Positions 1-13,099 of a DNA stretch of 64,000 nucleotides are shown here, piece by piece. The translations under genes and the position numbers were made by a program. A model generated the notes under the pieces. It did no database searches. It was not told where the DNA came from and saw nothing but the letters and a program-made list of their open reading frames with translations. The DNA comes from Octopus vulgaris (taxonomy: Eukaryota): positions 146,878,001-146,942,000 of the forward strand of contig OX597814.1 in assembly GCA_951406725.2 (NCBI GenBank). The letters are read 5' to 3'. How positions within the stretch are numbered: position 1 is the first letter of the stretch; each line of letters begins with the position of its first letter.

Positions 1-168
1 TTATTCCATTCAGCAATTTTCAATAAATGTTGATTAACTTTCCCATCTTTCGGTAACATAATTCAGCTGTTATGAGACACATACGTACACACACACACGC
101 GCGCGCGCGCGCACACACACACATAAACACACACATACGTAAAGTTATCAGGTAAAAGGGAAGAATAG

Positions 169-217
<49 letters not shown>

Positions 218-817
218 AGGCGCCTTGCATAGGAATACTGTCGCTTTGCTAAGTCTTTCGTATAGTATTCATTTCAGTATACAAGAGATTATGCATACAT
301 GTTTGCAATAATTTCAGAATATACCGTTATAATGTATAATGTTGACATACATATTAATTCAAACCATACGCTAGATTTCTTCACACTGAATTTAATATTG
401 CATGAAGAATGAAATCAGATGGTTATATATATATAATCAACTCTCATACCGTCTGATGTTCTGTTTGTGTATACTCCACATAGAATAAATTCTTCACTCA
501 AATTTTCGAGATATTTACTGACATAGATATTCTAAATTACAACACTTTGTAATTAATTAATTTGTACTTAATTACTAGTTTAACTGATATACGAGTCCTT
601 AACACTGTAGTTAATTTGTTAGCCGGACGTTTCTTAGATTCCATGTCTTATATTACTCAATGATACGCACACACACCCATTTATGTGTGTGTGTATGTGT
701 GTGTGTGTGTGTGTGTGTTACAGATAAGGAAGTAAATTTCGAATGCAGTGTAGCTGTAAAACCAACAGAAAAATATAGGGTACATATCCTTAGAAGACGG
801 GATCAAAGTCGCCAGTA

Positions 818-893
818 GGCGCCTACGAGGGATCGAACCTCACATTTGTGAGATATTTGCTCAGTGCTCTAAACTATTACGTAAAGCGACCCC
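818..893 (-). pseudogene. Degenerate tRNA-like unit
   Basis: Minus strand reads GGGGTCGC...TAGTTTAGAGCACTGAGC...GAGGTTCGATCCCTCGTAGGCGCC. It has a B-box (GGTTCGATCC) and tRNA-like length, but the stems are broken. Confidence 0.55.
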
Positions 894-1001
894 TAACAAC
901 GATCACCTTCAGTTTTAATGCTAAATAATAGTTGGAGAACATCTTGTAAGCAAACTTTGGAAGCTCCGAATGTGTTGGTATCTATCATGAAATTGTTGCC
1001 A

Positions 1002-1076
1002 GGTGTTGCTTACCTTACTGATTTAGAGCACTCAGCCGGTAAATGACGAATACGGGTTCAATAACTTGTAGGCGCC
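1002..1076 (+). pseudogene. Degenerate tRNA-like unit (inverted copy of 818-893)
   Basis: GGTGTTG...TTTAGAGCACTCAGCC...CGGGTTCAATAACTTGTAGGCGCC; acceptor-like ends and a decayed B-box. Confidence 0.5.
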
Positions 1077-1218
1077 TGCTGGCAAATGCTTTTCGAGTCA
1101 CCGAAGTTTAAATCCCTAAAGTTTTTCTGCTGTTTTCACAGCTATATTGCATTCGAAATTTACTTCCTTTTCTATAAAATACCAGCAGCATGGACGATTC
1201 CAAAGTTTGTTTGTGTAC

Positions 1219-1400
<182 letters not shown>

Positions 1401-1569
1401 TTCTTCTATTTTTTAAATTATCATAAATCTTACACTGAGGGCGGGTGTAGTTAACGCAGACAAATTCGCATTTGGAACGTGATAAAATTCTTACGTATGT
1501 TTACTGTTCTACTCACAAATTGCACACGTAATGTACAAATCAGCCGGTCTATTTCTGTTTCTGATAATT

Positions 1570-3985
1570 CCATTTTATTCAGATTTTACTTTTGGCATTT
1601 ACTAACAGAAAACCTAGCGCGCCAATTATTATTGGTATGAATATGAATTCATAGTCTGGATATAGAAGTTGTAGGTTTCGGAGCGGTTCTCCATAGACAT
1701 CTTCTTTTTCTTGGATTTCCAATGAGACATTTATATCTGCAGGACAGCTGACCTCTATGATTGTACATAACGTTGCCTCTCTGTCCCAAACAAAAATATC
1801 CAGCTTGTTATGTTTATATTTGACAGAAGTTTGATGAGAATATTCCACCAGTATTCCTTGAGTTGGTGTTTATGACTGTATTCCATAACAGTTGGATTTT
1901 CTAAGTTTATTTCAGGACAGTATGTTTTTTAGGATGTCATTGTAAATTATTTCAGCAACAACACCGTGCAACATAGAGATGTAGTACCGTGACGACATTT
2001 TAGGACAGCTGCTAATTACATGCGTAATGTCTTCCACAGAAACATGACATAGCCTACATATGCGGTTGCACCTTGGGATTACAAGAGCGTCACTGTCTCT
2101 CGTCTTCACCAAGTACTTTGTGGAAATCTTGTGTTCCTGGATTGCAAACGCATAGCCTTGAAAGTGTGAAGTGTTGTAGCTTCCTGTCAATTCTACTATC
2201 TCCTTCAAGCTTCCGGGCAACATAGCCATGCAATGCATGGTCTTTTTTTGTATGCTGATGCTTTCAATCAAGATCTTCTCTGAGGTAAGGGAGCCGAGTT
2301 GTTTCGGGGCTGTATAGGAGATCATCAGGAAGACAGTAATTATTGGGGAGTTCACTGCCAACTCCTACAATATATTTATTTTTGCTGCTCTAGTTTAGCA
2401 GGTGCTGCCAGAGTGATACCATAGAGCATTCGAAGGCCGTTTTCACTGATTTGAGGCCTCTACCATCTTCCTTTCCTCTTAGGTAGAGCCTGTCAACATC
2501 ACTTTTTCTGTGAAGTTTCCAGTTGTTGTCAGGATTTTGCGAGTTTTGATATCTATGGAGGAGGTTTCCTCTACAGAGTAATCAAGGATCCCAAATGTTG
2601 AGATCAGCACTGGTACTGTAAATGCATTTAGGGATATTGATTTGTTGTAAGAGGAGAGTTACGACTTCCATATTTTCCTAAGGCTGGTGTAATATTCTCG
2701 GGTCACTATCTTTCTTTACAGTGCTTTTATATGATAGATTTTCGTCTATGCCTAGGTACTTGTAACATTCTTTCTGTGGAATTGAGGAAATTGAGAGACC
2801 GTTGAAGCGCAGGTTTTAGGATTGGGGTACTGAATTTCCTGGTTCTATACTCAAATATGAACATTTCTTTTGGTCAAATTCTATGCATATATCAGCTGAA
2901 AATGTTTTTATTAATTACAGTTGTTTTTTTTTTCTGGCATTGTTAACACTTTTAGCATAAATCTTTCAGGTCAACTAGAAAAAAAAGTTTGAGATACATT
3001 GATATTTCTTACAGTTGAAGATCCTAGTCTGTAATCATTTATCTTCTGCACTGGAAACACTGATGGTGGATTCAGTGCCAATAGTAAAATTATTACAGAA
3101 AGACTATCTCTCAGGAGTATTCCCTTTGAAATGTCTATACTATCAGAAACAGTTATTCTGTTCTAAGTTAAAGTAGTAAGTACCTTTACCAGGTGTAAAC
3201 ATTTCAACGGCCATGAATAAGGGCTATAGTCGAATGCCTTCTTATAGTCAAGCCATACTGTCACAAGGTTTCTATGTTGTTTTCTTCAGGCAGTACAGCT
3301 TTGTTTATTAAACTTTGTTCGAGACATGCTCACACTCATGATGTTCGACTCTGAATGGTCCTGGAGGAAATGATTGAGACAACTTGTGCACAGTTTGTAC
3401 ATAATGTTTAAGCAAGCAATGGGCCTGTAGTTCCCTGCCATCTCGGTGATTTCATTTTTGGCAACAAGATTTGGCCTTGCTGCAGAAAGCCAAATTGGTA
3501 TATCAGTCTGACCTTTCATAGTCCTTTTGAATATACATATCAACTGGTTTCTATAAAATGCCTGCATCTTGTACCAATATCCAGCACGTGATTCCAAACA
3601 TAAGCATGAGATCGGTCGGATTTTTTTCACTCTTGTTGGGAATGGTCTGTTGCTCAACGAAAGCTTCGAGAGAGTAGCAAAATTTTTTGCGAATTTTAAT
3701 TTTAAAATGTTTTTGAGTTGGATGTATTCCGCAGTCTTCGCTTCTGAGTCAGCCAAGTTTGGAGACACACGCGAATTTAGCGACAGCGTCCAAGGTGTTT
3801 TGTTCACATTATTTTTTACGTCGCTTCTGGCAGATTTTGGCCCATCTTTAGGGGAAGATCGAGGAACAGTCGATTTGAATTTTTTTTAGAAAAGATGCTT
3901 GATGTCGGAGTTTTTTCACCGTGAAGGTATTTAAGTTGGAATGAGCTTCGTTCCAGTATTGTTTTAACCGCTTCATATATCCAAT
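1570..3985 (-). mobile_element. Decayed R4/Dong-like non-LTR retrotransposon (RT + CCHC + restriction-like endonuclease)
   Basis: Frame-broken motifs in the expected order: NYRPIACLNIMYK (RT), GIxxxDSLS-like (~3100-3125), SDVDRLYL..GRGLKS (~2450-2505), CRLC..EDITHVISSC, and RLE KLDIFVWD..IIEVSCP..EKEDVY..IPIIIGALG (1579-1848). Confidence 0.88.
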
Positions 3986-3992
3986 ACATACA

Positions 3993-4103
3993 TACGTATG
4001 TATGTATGTATGTATGTATGTATGTATGTATGTATGTATGTATGTATGTATGTATGTATGTATGTATGTATGTATGCATGTATGTATGTATATATGTATG
4101 TAT
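3993..4103. repeat. (TATG)n microsatellite
   Basis: Seen directly; abuts the 5' end of the R4-like relic. Confidence 0.97.
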
Positions 4104-5025
4104 GTATTATTATATATACATTGCCGCATACATTGGCAGAAAATGGTTGATTCTCTAGAAACTTATCCCTGCTATTTCCTTCCAACATCTCGCGCTATGT
4201 AATCGAGAAATGTCTAATTATCGATTGTATGTAATCCTGACGAACATTTTGGAATACAAATCAATCGGTAGTATAAGTGATTGATTAGATAAAATCGACA
4301 ATACTATAGTTATTGTTATCGCTGCAAAGCGACAGTTAAATACATGAGATTAATATACCTATTCAAAAATGAGCGTATAATATTAGAATATTCTTTATTA
4401 AGATTTATACCTAAATTAATTTGTTGCCAATCCACAAATACATTCGCCAATCTACAGAAATTGCTTCCCAAAGTATATTATATGTAGAAAATTCAAACTT
4501 CACCAAATATAGTCGATATATGTTTAAATGAACTTCATGCTACTATATAAATTTAGATATTTGGAGCAACATTCACAGAAGAACTATTAAATTATTTCAT
4601 ATGCGAAAGAGTCGATTACTGAAAGAATGTGCTGGATAAGCAGCATATTTCCATTAAAATGCAGCAGAAACAATTCAAATAATATGCTGAACAGCTTAAA
4701 ACATTTACAGAACAACAAATATCCCTTGGTTGCAAAGAGAATAGAAAATAAAAACATATTTTCTTTTTGTAATTAAGACGTTAAGGTACTATTTAGAATT
4801 TTCGAATTATAGCCGTAGAAAAATAGAACTCCTTTCTTTTATACATGAGTGATGAGCAAACAAAAATCATTACAAAAATGTTGAAGGAGCAGCTATGACG
4901 TTCGCACACGTTCCAGTATGAATTTTAAAATAGTATTAATCTTCCTCAATGAATTTTTTGCAAATTAACTGCTACGCATCGTAAGGTGTTTGTTTTTAAA
5001 CCTCGATTTCCGATAGAAAACACTG

Positions 5026-5065
<40 letters not shown>

Positions 5066-5086
5066 TCATACATATATTATATATAT

Positions 5087-5122
<36 letters not shown>

Positions 5123-5145
5123 ATACATATATATGTTTTTTTTCC

Positions 5146-5960
5146 TCTAGTTACAGCTCAGAGCTGCAGCCATGCTGATGCACCGCCGTTTTGTGCTACA
5201 CTGTTATTACGAAGAACCTCGTCTAACATGTGGCACTTGGTGAAGAATGGTGTTTGATATAGCTACTCTCATTTGCACCTCTTGCCGTGAGGTAGGTTCA
5301 TCTGGGATTCTTGACAGGAAGATGTCCAGTGTTGTTTTTAGGTGGGACGTTTCGCTACTTTGGGGATGTTGGTTGAGACGATTTGCAACCTTCGTCCGTC
5401 GTCTCATGAGGATCTTCCTGTCTTTTGGAATCTTGCTCCTATTTGTTTTGGCCTTGTGCTCTGGAACATATTACTAGCATACGGCTTGCACAGAAGACAT
5501 GAAACATTCTAGTTTCATGTCAATGTCTGGTGTGGAGAGACATTTCGGCCAGTCCTCTCTGAGGATCTCTTTTTGGATCGATTTCCAATCTGCTTTGTGG
5601 AAGTTCAGATTGGAGAGATTTCGGGTGCTTCCTTTGGGCTGTATGTCTCTGGTTACTTTTGGCCCAAACATAGACAGCTCTATTATGTTGTGATCCGAAA
5701 ATGATGTCGGTGTCACTTTCACATCATGAATGATGTCCATATTGTTCGTGAAGCAGAGATCCAGAATGTTATTCGCCCTAGTTGGCTTGAGTACAACTTG
5801 CTCCATGAATAAGGCATTGATGAGGTTGAGCAGAGACTCCATCTGCACTTGCTTGCAATGATTCATTCCTGAGAGTATGTGACCTTCGGGCCATTTGACG
5901 TTGGGGAAGTTGAAATCACCCATAAGAAATATGGTCACGTGGTGTTCCAGATTCATGAGG
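5146..5960 (-). mobile_element. CR1/L2-group LINE with internal deletion (APE endonuclease + linker fused to C-terminus and 3' UTR)
   Basis: ORF 5474-5956 has APE motifs MGDFNFP, PTRANNILDL and SDHNII. ORF 5207-5407 ends LDIFLSRIPDEPTSRQEVQMR, homologous to the C-terminus of the 25602-27030 LINE. 3' stem-loop tail at ~5150-5188. Confidence 0.88.
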
Positions 5961-7779
5961 ATTTTTTAATATAAATTATATATATATAATTTATATATGT
6001 GTATATAAATATACATATAAAAACACATTTAATGAGATTGAATAGCAACCTATTAGTTTTTAATTTTTTTTCTCTATTTCGTGACTTGAAAACTGTCGGG
6101 TTTTCTCTGTCACTGCTTATCGAGTCAGATGCTGGAAAATTGTAAATTTCATCTTCTGCCCAGTCAACCGATATCAGTAAAGACAGTCCCGTTATGTATA
6201 CCTTTAGTCCTCTCAGCTGTTAAGCGGCTACTTTCATATATTCATTCATGTAATGATGCTTAAAATCGTTGTTGCTAAATTACCATTAATTAATTCAAAT
6301 ATAATTGTGTATTCATCAATATCGAACAGAAATTATGCCAACATTTTCGATTAACTACTCACACACAGAAATAATGACATAAATTTTGAAAGGGAGGATG
6401 TCTTTCTACAATATATATGACAGTAAATATATTACGAATCAAACCAGCTAATACCAAATTAGTAGAAATTTAAAACCACTTTTAAGTTATAATAGGAAGT
6501 ATTCCCAAGTCACTGTGTGGGACACGTGTTAATTTTATGAAATATCATGAAATAAGTTTGGAGCTCGAAAAAACCTTTTTTTACTAAATTTTTCGAGTGC
6601 ATTCAGGTCATGAAGGGAGGAAAATCTAAAACCCAGTAAGAAGCAGAAATGAAAACAGCCCACAATCAACACGAAGAGAAGACCACCGATTTGTAAAAAG
6701 GTAACTAGATAGAAAGACAGAATCCCCACCACACCCACATATTTATTTAAAGAGAAAGCTTGTTCTCTCTCTCTTTCCGGGTAAATGTACGAAGAGAAAT
6801 GTGAAGAATGAAACGCACGATATCAAATTATTTACGTTACCAGAGGCTAGGAATATAGTTCCAGTACCTATATTCATGTTACTAACGCTTTGCTGATATG
6901 TAGGTAACGACGCATATGCATTTTCTTTTTCAAGATGATTCCAACCAACTTGTCAGAATTCACTTCCCTTAGTGTTTATACTTTTCCTTCTTTGGGATCT
7001 GAAATTAAAGAAAATATCTAGTTCCAGTAAAATTTTCAATATTAAATATTTCAGTAGTGCACAGACTACAAGTGTTCCGCTTCTAACAGAAGATGTATCT
7101 TTGAAACATTTTCCAACTCATAGTGAATTTGTCTTTGGAAGGCAGCATACTATTGGAAAGATTCAGCATGTACCACCTCCAAAAAAGTATTTAAATACTT
7201 ACGTGACACTAATATCATTGGGGGATAATCTACATTCTTTAAACTTTCTCGCATTTATTGACATTCAGTTACTTTGTTTACTGACGATGATAATCCAAAG
7301 GATAGTTACCCAAGTTACCTTCTAGAAAGAAACATGAAATGTTGTTAATTTCCAGAATGAGGTCATTGTGTGTATTCCGTTATTGTTACGTTATCTACTA
7401 TATGGTGTGTATGCAAAAAACACTGTAAAAGTTGATGCTCTATGTACGTATACATGTGTGTTTATGAATAGATATTGATATACGAAACATACATTAATAA
7501 ATCAACAACTATATTGTTACTCGAAATGTATCTTTTTTGAAATATCAGCATATTATATAACAGTACACAAAGCTTACAGGCAAAAATAGTGCATTTGTGT
7601 GTATGTACATAGATATATACTTACATTTGAACTGGCACAAAGTGGCACATATATGTATATTTATCAACTACTATCTATCTATCTCTACACATATATATGT
7701 ATATATGTATATATATATAGATATATATATATATATGTATATATGTACATGTACTTATATATATATATGTAATATATAC

Positions 7780-7860
<81 letters not shown>

Positions 7861-8940
7861 TGCATGTACGTATATATGCGTCTGCGCATGTGTGCGTGAG
7901 CACACAAGTATGCATGCAAGTATTTACATGTGTATGTATATGTGGGTTTATCGAGCCAATATTTCTCTCAAGATATATCGAACAAAATATAATATTCCGT
8001 CTGCGTATTCCTTCCAGGAACGAAATTCTATAAACAACTGTTTTATTACACATTCATTCATCTACTGAGATATGCTCTTCGAGCACGTAATCTATATCTT
8101 TATATATGTGTGTGTGTGTGTGTGTCTCTGCGTGTGTTTGAGTGTGTGAGTGTATGTGTGTGTGTGTATCACGTCCGTAATTCAACAGTGGATTACAAGG
8201 AAGCTCCTGAGTCTTAAACTTCTGTGTCTATGTAGCTATACTACGGAAGGAAATAATGAATAAAAAAGTGCACCAAAAATGAGATGAAATTATAGAAAGT
8301 AAAATAAATATAATCGATAATGTCTTTTTGTTTTCTCTTTCTCCGACTACGCTTCTTTGTAACTTGATGCGAGACCGATATCTTCATATATCATTTTGCT
8401 TTTAATCCCAAAGCGCGAAACAAACCAAACGTTATTTGTTTGTATATTTGTATGCTAGTTTTATTATTTTTTTCATATAGTTTCAAAATTTCTCCGAGAA
8501 ACTTTGTTCTTCTTCGTTTTCATATTTTCTATAGAGACTTTTTTTGACATAAGGTTACGATTATCAATGGAAGCAACGAGAGGAATCGAAGATTCCTTAA
8601 CACAAATTATCTATAAAACTATCTCAATAGAAGAATTGAAGGCACTGCTAGACACATGGCGCGAGATAGCTAAAGTGTATCCACTTCCATAATATATCGT
8701 GTAATATATCATGGCTCTCATATTTTGAGTGCACATTCACTTCTTATCATCTGCATGCACTCAAACATAGACACGTACTTGTTTACGAACACAGTTAAAT
8801 GCATATAACTCTGATCCCTTTCTCTGTCACTCTCTCTCCCTCATCTGCACATACACACACACACACATATATATACATGAACACACAAACGCGTATATAT
8901 ATATAAAGTCGTACAAGTATTACTATACATAATATATATG

Positions 8941-8954
8941 CATCTATCTGTCTG

Positions 8955-9037
<83 letters not shown>

Positions 9038-9060
9038 CTCCATCCATCCATCTATCTATC
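8941..9060. repeat. (ATCT)n microsatellite
   Basis: Seen directly. Confidence 0.97.
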
Positions 9061-9630
9061 TGCGAATGTGTGTGGAGGGGAAAGAGAAAAAGAGAGAGAG
9101 TGAGATATAGATAGAGAGAGACAGAGAGTTAGAGTGATGTATGTGCACGTAGATGCATATGTAAATATAGATATAGATGTACTTGTAATAATGAACAGAT
9201 GAGCAGTATTGTATATTTCTGGTATCCCTGTTGGTTTATAACATTCACTCTATTGTCTGTCAATGGGGTATTTCCTTTTTACAAATATTAAACTAAATAC
9301 CATTTCCCTGTCATATGTAGCACAGGTGAATTTTCATGGAACAAACGTAGACTGCTCATGAAGACCAAAGACTGCAGATATATCCAATGCTTTATGAATA
9401 TAGTGTGTCCTTCACATTCATAACTGTACAATGTTGCCTGTGGTGAATATCCCAAATGAGAACTACGAAGACGGCGTGCGGAGCTCCAACAACTTAGAAT
9501 TATGTAACAAATAGACTTTTGCATTTAAGTATCTCAAAATGTATACATGCTTTGCAGAAATTATTCTTGAACATGAGAAGATAATGGAAAATTATATTGG
9601 CATGGCTGGAGTATTGTTATCTGCACAATA

Positions 9631-10118
9631 CAGAGGGTAGATCAAAAGTAAGTAGGCATTAAAAATTAGTAATAAAATCTATATTTCATTTACAACAGCC
9701 AGTTTTCTCAAACCGCCGAGAATAGAAATAACAACCTTCTGAAGAATATCACTGAGAACCTCCCGGATCCGTATCTCCAAGTCCTCCAGTGCACGAGGAT
9801 TGTCTCGTACTTCTCTTTTGTTTAGCTCCACAGGTGAATATCACCGGGAATGAGATCTGAACTTTTTGAAGGTCATTCCCTATTCCATTCTGCGCTGATA
9901 GTCTTCAGGTTTTAGCTCCTGCGTGCAATATGGTTTCCATGGCCGTAAATTCAATTCTTAACGCAACACAGTAACTATTGTATGTCTTATTAGTCAACTT
10001 TCACGAAATGCTTGACTGGTTGATTTTTGCGGGCTGCGATTAAACGTTTCCTGCACTGTTGCCACCTTCTCCGTTGATCGGGAAATGATTGGACGGCCAC
10101 ATCTTTTTGCCTCGTTCA
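9631..10118 (-). mobile_element. Internally deleted Tc1/mariner-superfamily transposon relic
   Basis: Minus translation gives HTH-like KRCGRP..VQETFNRSPQKST..LNLRPWKPYCTQELKPEDYQRR joined to C-terminal SSDLIPGDIHLWS..NPRALEDLEIRIRE. TA+CAGAGGG terminus at 9629-9637. Confidence 0.75.
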
Positions 10119-10614
10119 TAGTGCCGATGTTTTCCTATGTGTTTTCTTATGTGAGTATACACCAGCATGTGACTTACCTATCTGTATGAACGTGTGACGT
10201 GGCGGGAATTTTGCCATGGGAATGCATTTGTATGCGTATTCTTGCGGATCTGCGTTCTTCGTGCGTTTGTGATCAAGCGTACATGTCTGTGTGCGCTTGT
10301 ACGCCTGTGCATATCTGTGTGAGTGTGTGCACCTGTGTCTGCGCATGATTCTGTGTTGTGTGCGTGAGTATGCCAGTGTGTATCTGTGCGTGTATGTTTA
10401 TGGTTGTATATTGGAATTGTATATAGTTACATGTATTTGTATGCGCTTACATAATTTTGGTGATTCATACATACATACATACATACATACATACATACAT
10501 AATATATATATATATATGTATGCATACGTGCATGTGTATATATATATATATCTGTTTATATATGTGTGTGTATATATGTATATATATATAATCATATATA
10601 CAGAGAGATCTTAT

Positions 10615-10624
10615 AGTAGTATTA

Positions 10625-10673
<49 letters not shown>

Positions 10674-10676
10674 CAG

Positions 10677-10709
<33 letters not shown>

Positions 10710-10722
10710 GTTGTTGTTGTTG
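10615..10722. repeat. (AGT)n-(TGT)n trinucleotide compound repeat
   Basis: Seen directly; source of the polyS/C/T/Q ORFs. Confidence 0.95.
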
Positions 10723-11689
10723 TATAGGGAGGAAGACGACTACGATGACTAAGTGTGATAGGTGAACATTGAGTATGTTACATACACACAAGTATACAGA
10801 TAGCTAAAACGCATATAAATACAGACTCGATGTAATAGGAACACATTTACATGTAAGAGATGGGGATCTTTAAATAGAGGTTAAAATTGAGAGTATAAAA
10901 CTTAAAGAATGTAGATGTAGATAAAGCTGGGTAACGAACAAAATCTTGTAAAGAGTTTAAAAGTTTATATAAACTAACTCTCAATTTATTTCTTTGAAAA
11001 TGTTCGTAGCAAAAAAAGAAAGAAAGAAAAAATATTTGATTGTGACAACGATGAAAAAATGGAGGATGTGACTGAAGTATTCAGGGTCTGAATAGAAACA
11101 GAAATTGTGTCAAGTAGCATCAAAACCAGAAGTTAAAATGTTTAAATCATGGCTGAATTCAAGTATAATTACTCCTTTCCTCTCCAACTCCAAATAATGT
11201 AGGAAATATTTTCAAGAAAGACAAAATCAACAAGAAAAGAAAATTGAAATGCAAAAACTCTTATCGGGTGCGTACATTAACAAAAATTCAGGAATGAGAT
11301 AACGCGATAAGCAACCAAAAGTTAAATACTTGCATGTTTAAGATGCAATACATTCCGTTTCGCTTTTTAAAAATATAGTATACAATTACATGTAAGATGT
11401 TGTTAGTTATTTATCTCAGCGAGAATATTCGGATTTAATTGGGTGGAAGATTTTAGTGACAGAGATTTTAGAAGAATGGTTATCTCACATTGAACTCATT
11501 TAGTTTTTTGTTTACTATTTTTTTGTCTTTGATTTTGAAACTACATCAGAAGATGTACAAAAATGTAAGAATTCATACTAATTATTAACAGCTGTAGCGT
11601 AATAATCTAGAGAAATTTTCGGTTGTCCATTCGTCGATCGGGGAATACCAGATTTATTTGCGTCTGACTTGAGAAAGCAATATTGACTG

Positions 11690-12200
11690 CATCTAATATA
11701 AATGGAGTGGTGAATCTATTGGGAATAACTTCGCTATATTTTTCCACCCTGTATTTAATCGCCATTATTCCTATGTCATGGGGAATATTGGTGTAAAGGC
11801 TTACTACATCAAAACGAAGTAAATGTGAATTTCGTTATTTCGGGAAGATGAGACAGGAAGTCGGCGTCATCCCGGATAAAACTAGGTATGTGGGTACCTG
11901 TTTTCAAAATGATATCAATAAAATTCTTTAGATCGTGCGAAAGGCATGCTGGACCAGCTACAATAGGTTTCAGTTTTAGGCCTTTCAGATGTAGTAATTT
12001 TATGTGCACATTTTTTCGTTTCTTTACTGCTTGCTGAATTTCTTTTGAGTCATGTATTTTTGCTAAACCACAGAAGTTGCTGGATTTTGGTGCGAAATTG
12101 TTGATGTAGTCTCATTCAATATTTGTAAGGGTGTTGTAATGTTTTAAAACTAGGTTGTTGACATTCTTCATGATGTGATCGTCTGTATTTGAAGGTATTT
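11690..12200 (-). mobile_element. Penelope-like element RT fragment
   Basis: KLKPIVAGPACLSH..FIDIILK..FIRDDADFL, then SFDVVSLYTNIPHDIG in a shifted frame (~11765-11817); these are typical PLE RT motifs. Confidence 0.8.
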
Positions 12201-12296
<96 letters not shown>

Positions 12297-12977
12297 TATA
12301 TGTATATGTATATATATATACATATATATATGTATATGTAAAGAAGCATTGGTTATAGAACAAACACTAAATTTGGGTCAACAACACTTTACATACAATG
12401 TATACCCCTTTAGTTAAATGATCTGCGGTGGTGAGCTCCCGAAATGACCATACATATATGTGAATGTTGAATTTGACCTGTGGAAGTCTGATTACTTGTG
12501 AACTTTCGACGTACTTGTGTGAGGAAAGTATCAGACGTTTTACAAATATTAAATTTTAAAAAAATATATTTTAATCGTCTGATAAAAGCTTGTCGGTGGA
12601 CATTTATTTTATTTTATTTTATTTTTATCTTTATTTATTTTATATTTGTCTATTAGGTCTTTTAGTAGTTTAGGAATTTTTAGTCGTGTATATTTAACTT
12701 TTTGATAGGCCGTTCTATTTGTAGTTTATTCGATTGTATATTTTATCTTCTGTGATTTTATGTATATGTATTATTTTATGTCTTTGAAAACCATGGTGAT
12801 TTTTGTTATATGATTACATGTTTGAAGGTGGTGTTATATATTAAGTCATTGACCTAAATTTAATGTTCGTTCTATAGCCAATGCTTCTTTATCTTCGTCT
12901 CATATTTGAGCTCTTGTTTTGCTGTCCTATAAATACTTTTGTTTCTAGTAAAAAAAGATAAATATCAATTCTTGTTG

Positions 12978-13099
<122 letters not shown>

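Larger units (their letters stand above)
726..1169. repeat. Foldback (long inverted repeat) element with two divergent pseudo-tRNA units
   Basis: Perfect 22-bp terminal IR AAGGAAGTAAATTTCGAATGCA (726-747 vs 1148-1169). Imperfect similarity continues inward to ~905/~990. tRNA-like units at ~818-893 (-) and ~1002-1076 (+). Confidence 0.8.

Noticed and set aside
8567-8692. Peptide IYKTISIEELKALLDTWREI resembling a Tc1 C-terminus (also TKRNLRSTTEE near 21890)
   Set aside because: Too short and lacking catalytic motifs or TIRs to call.
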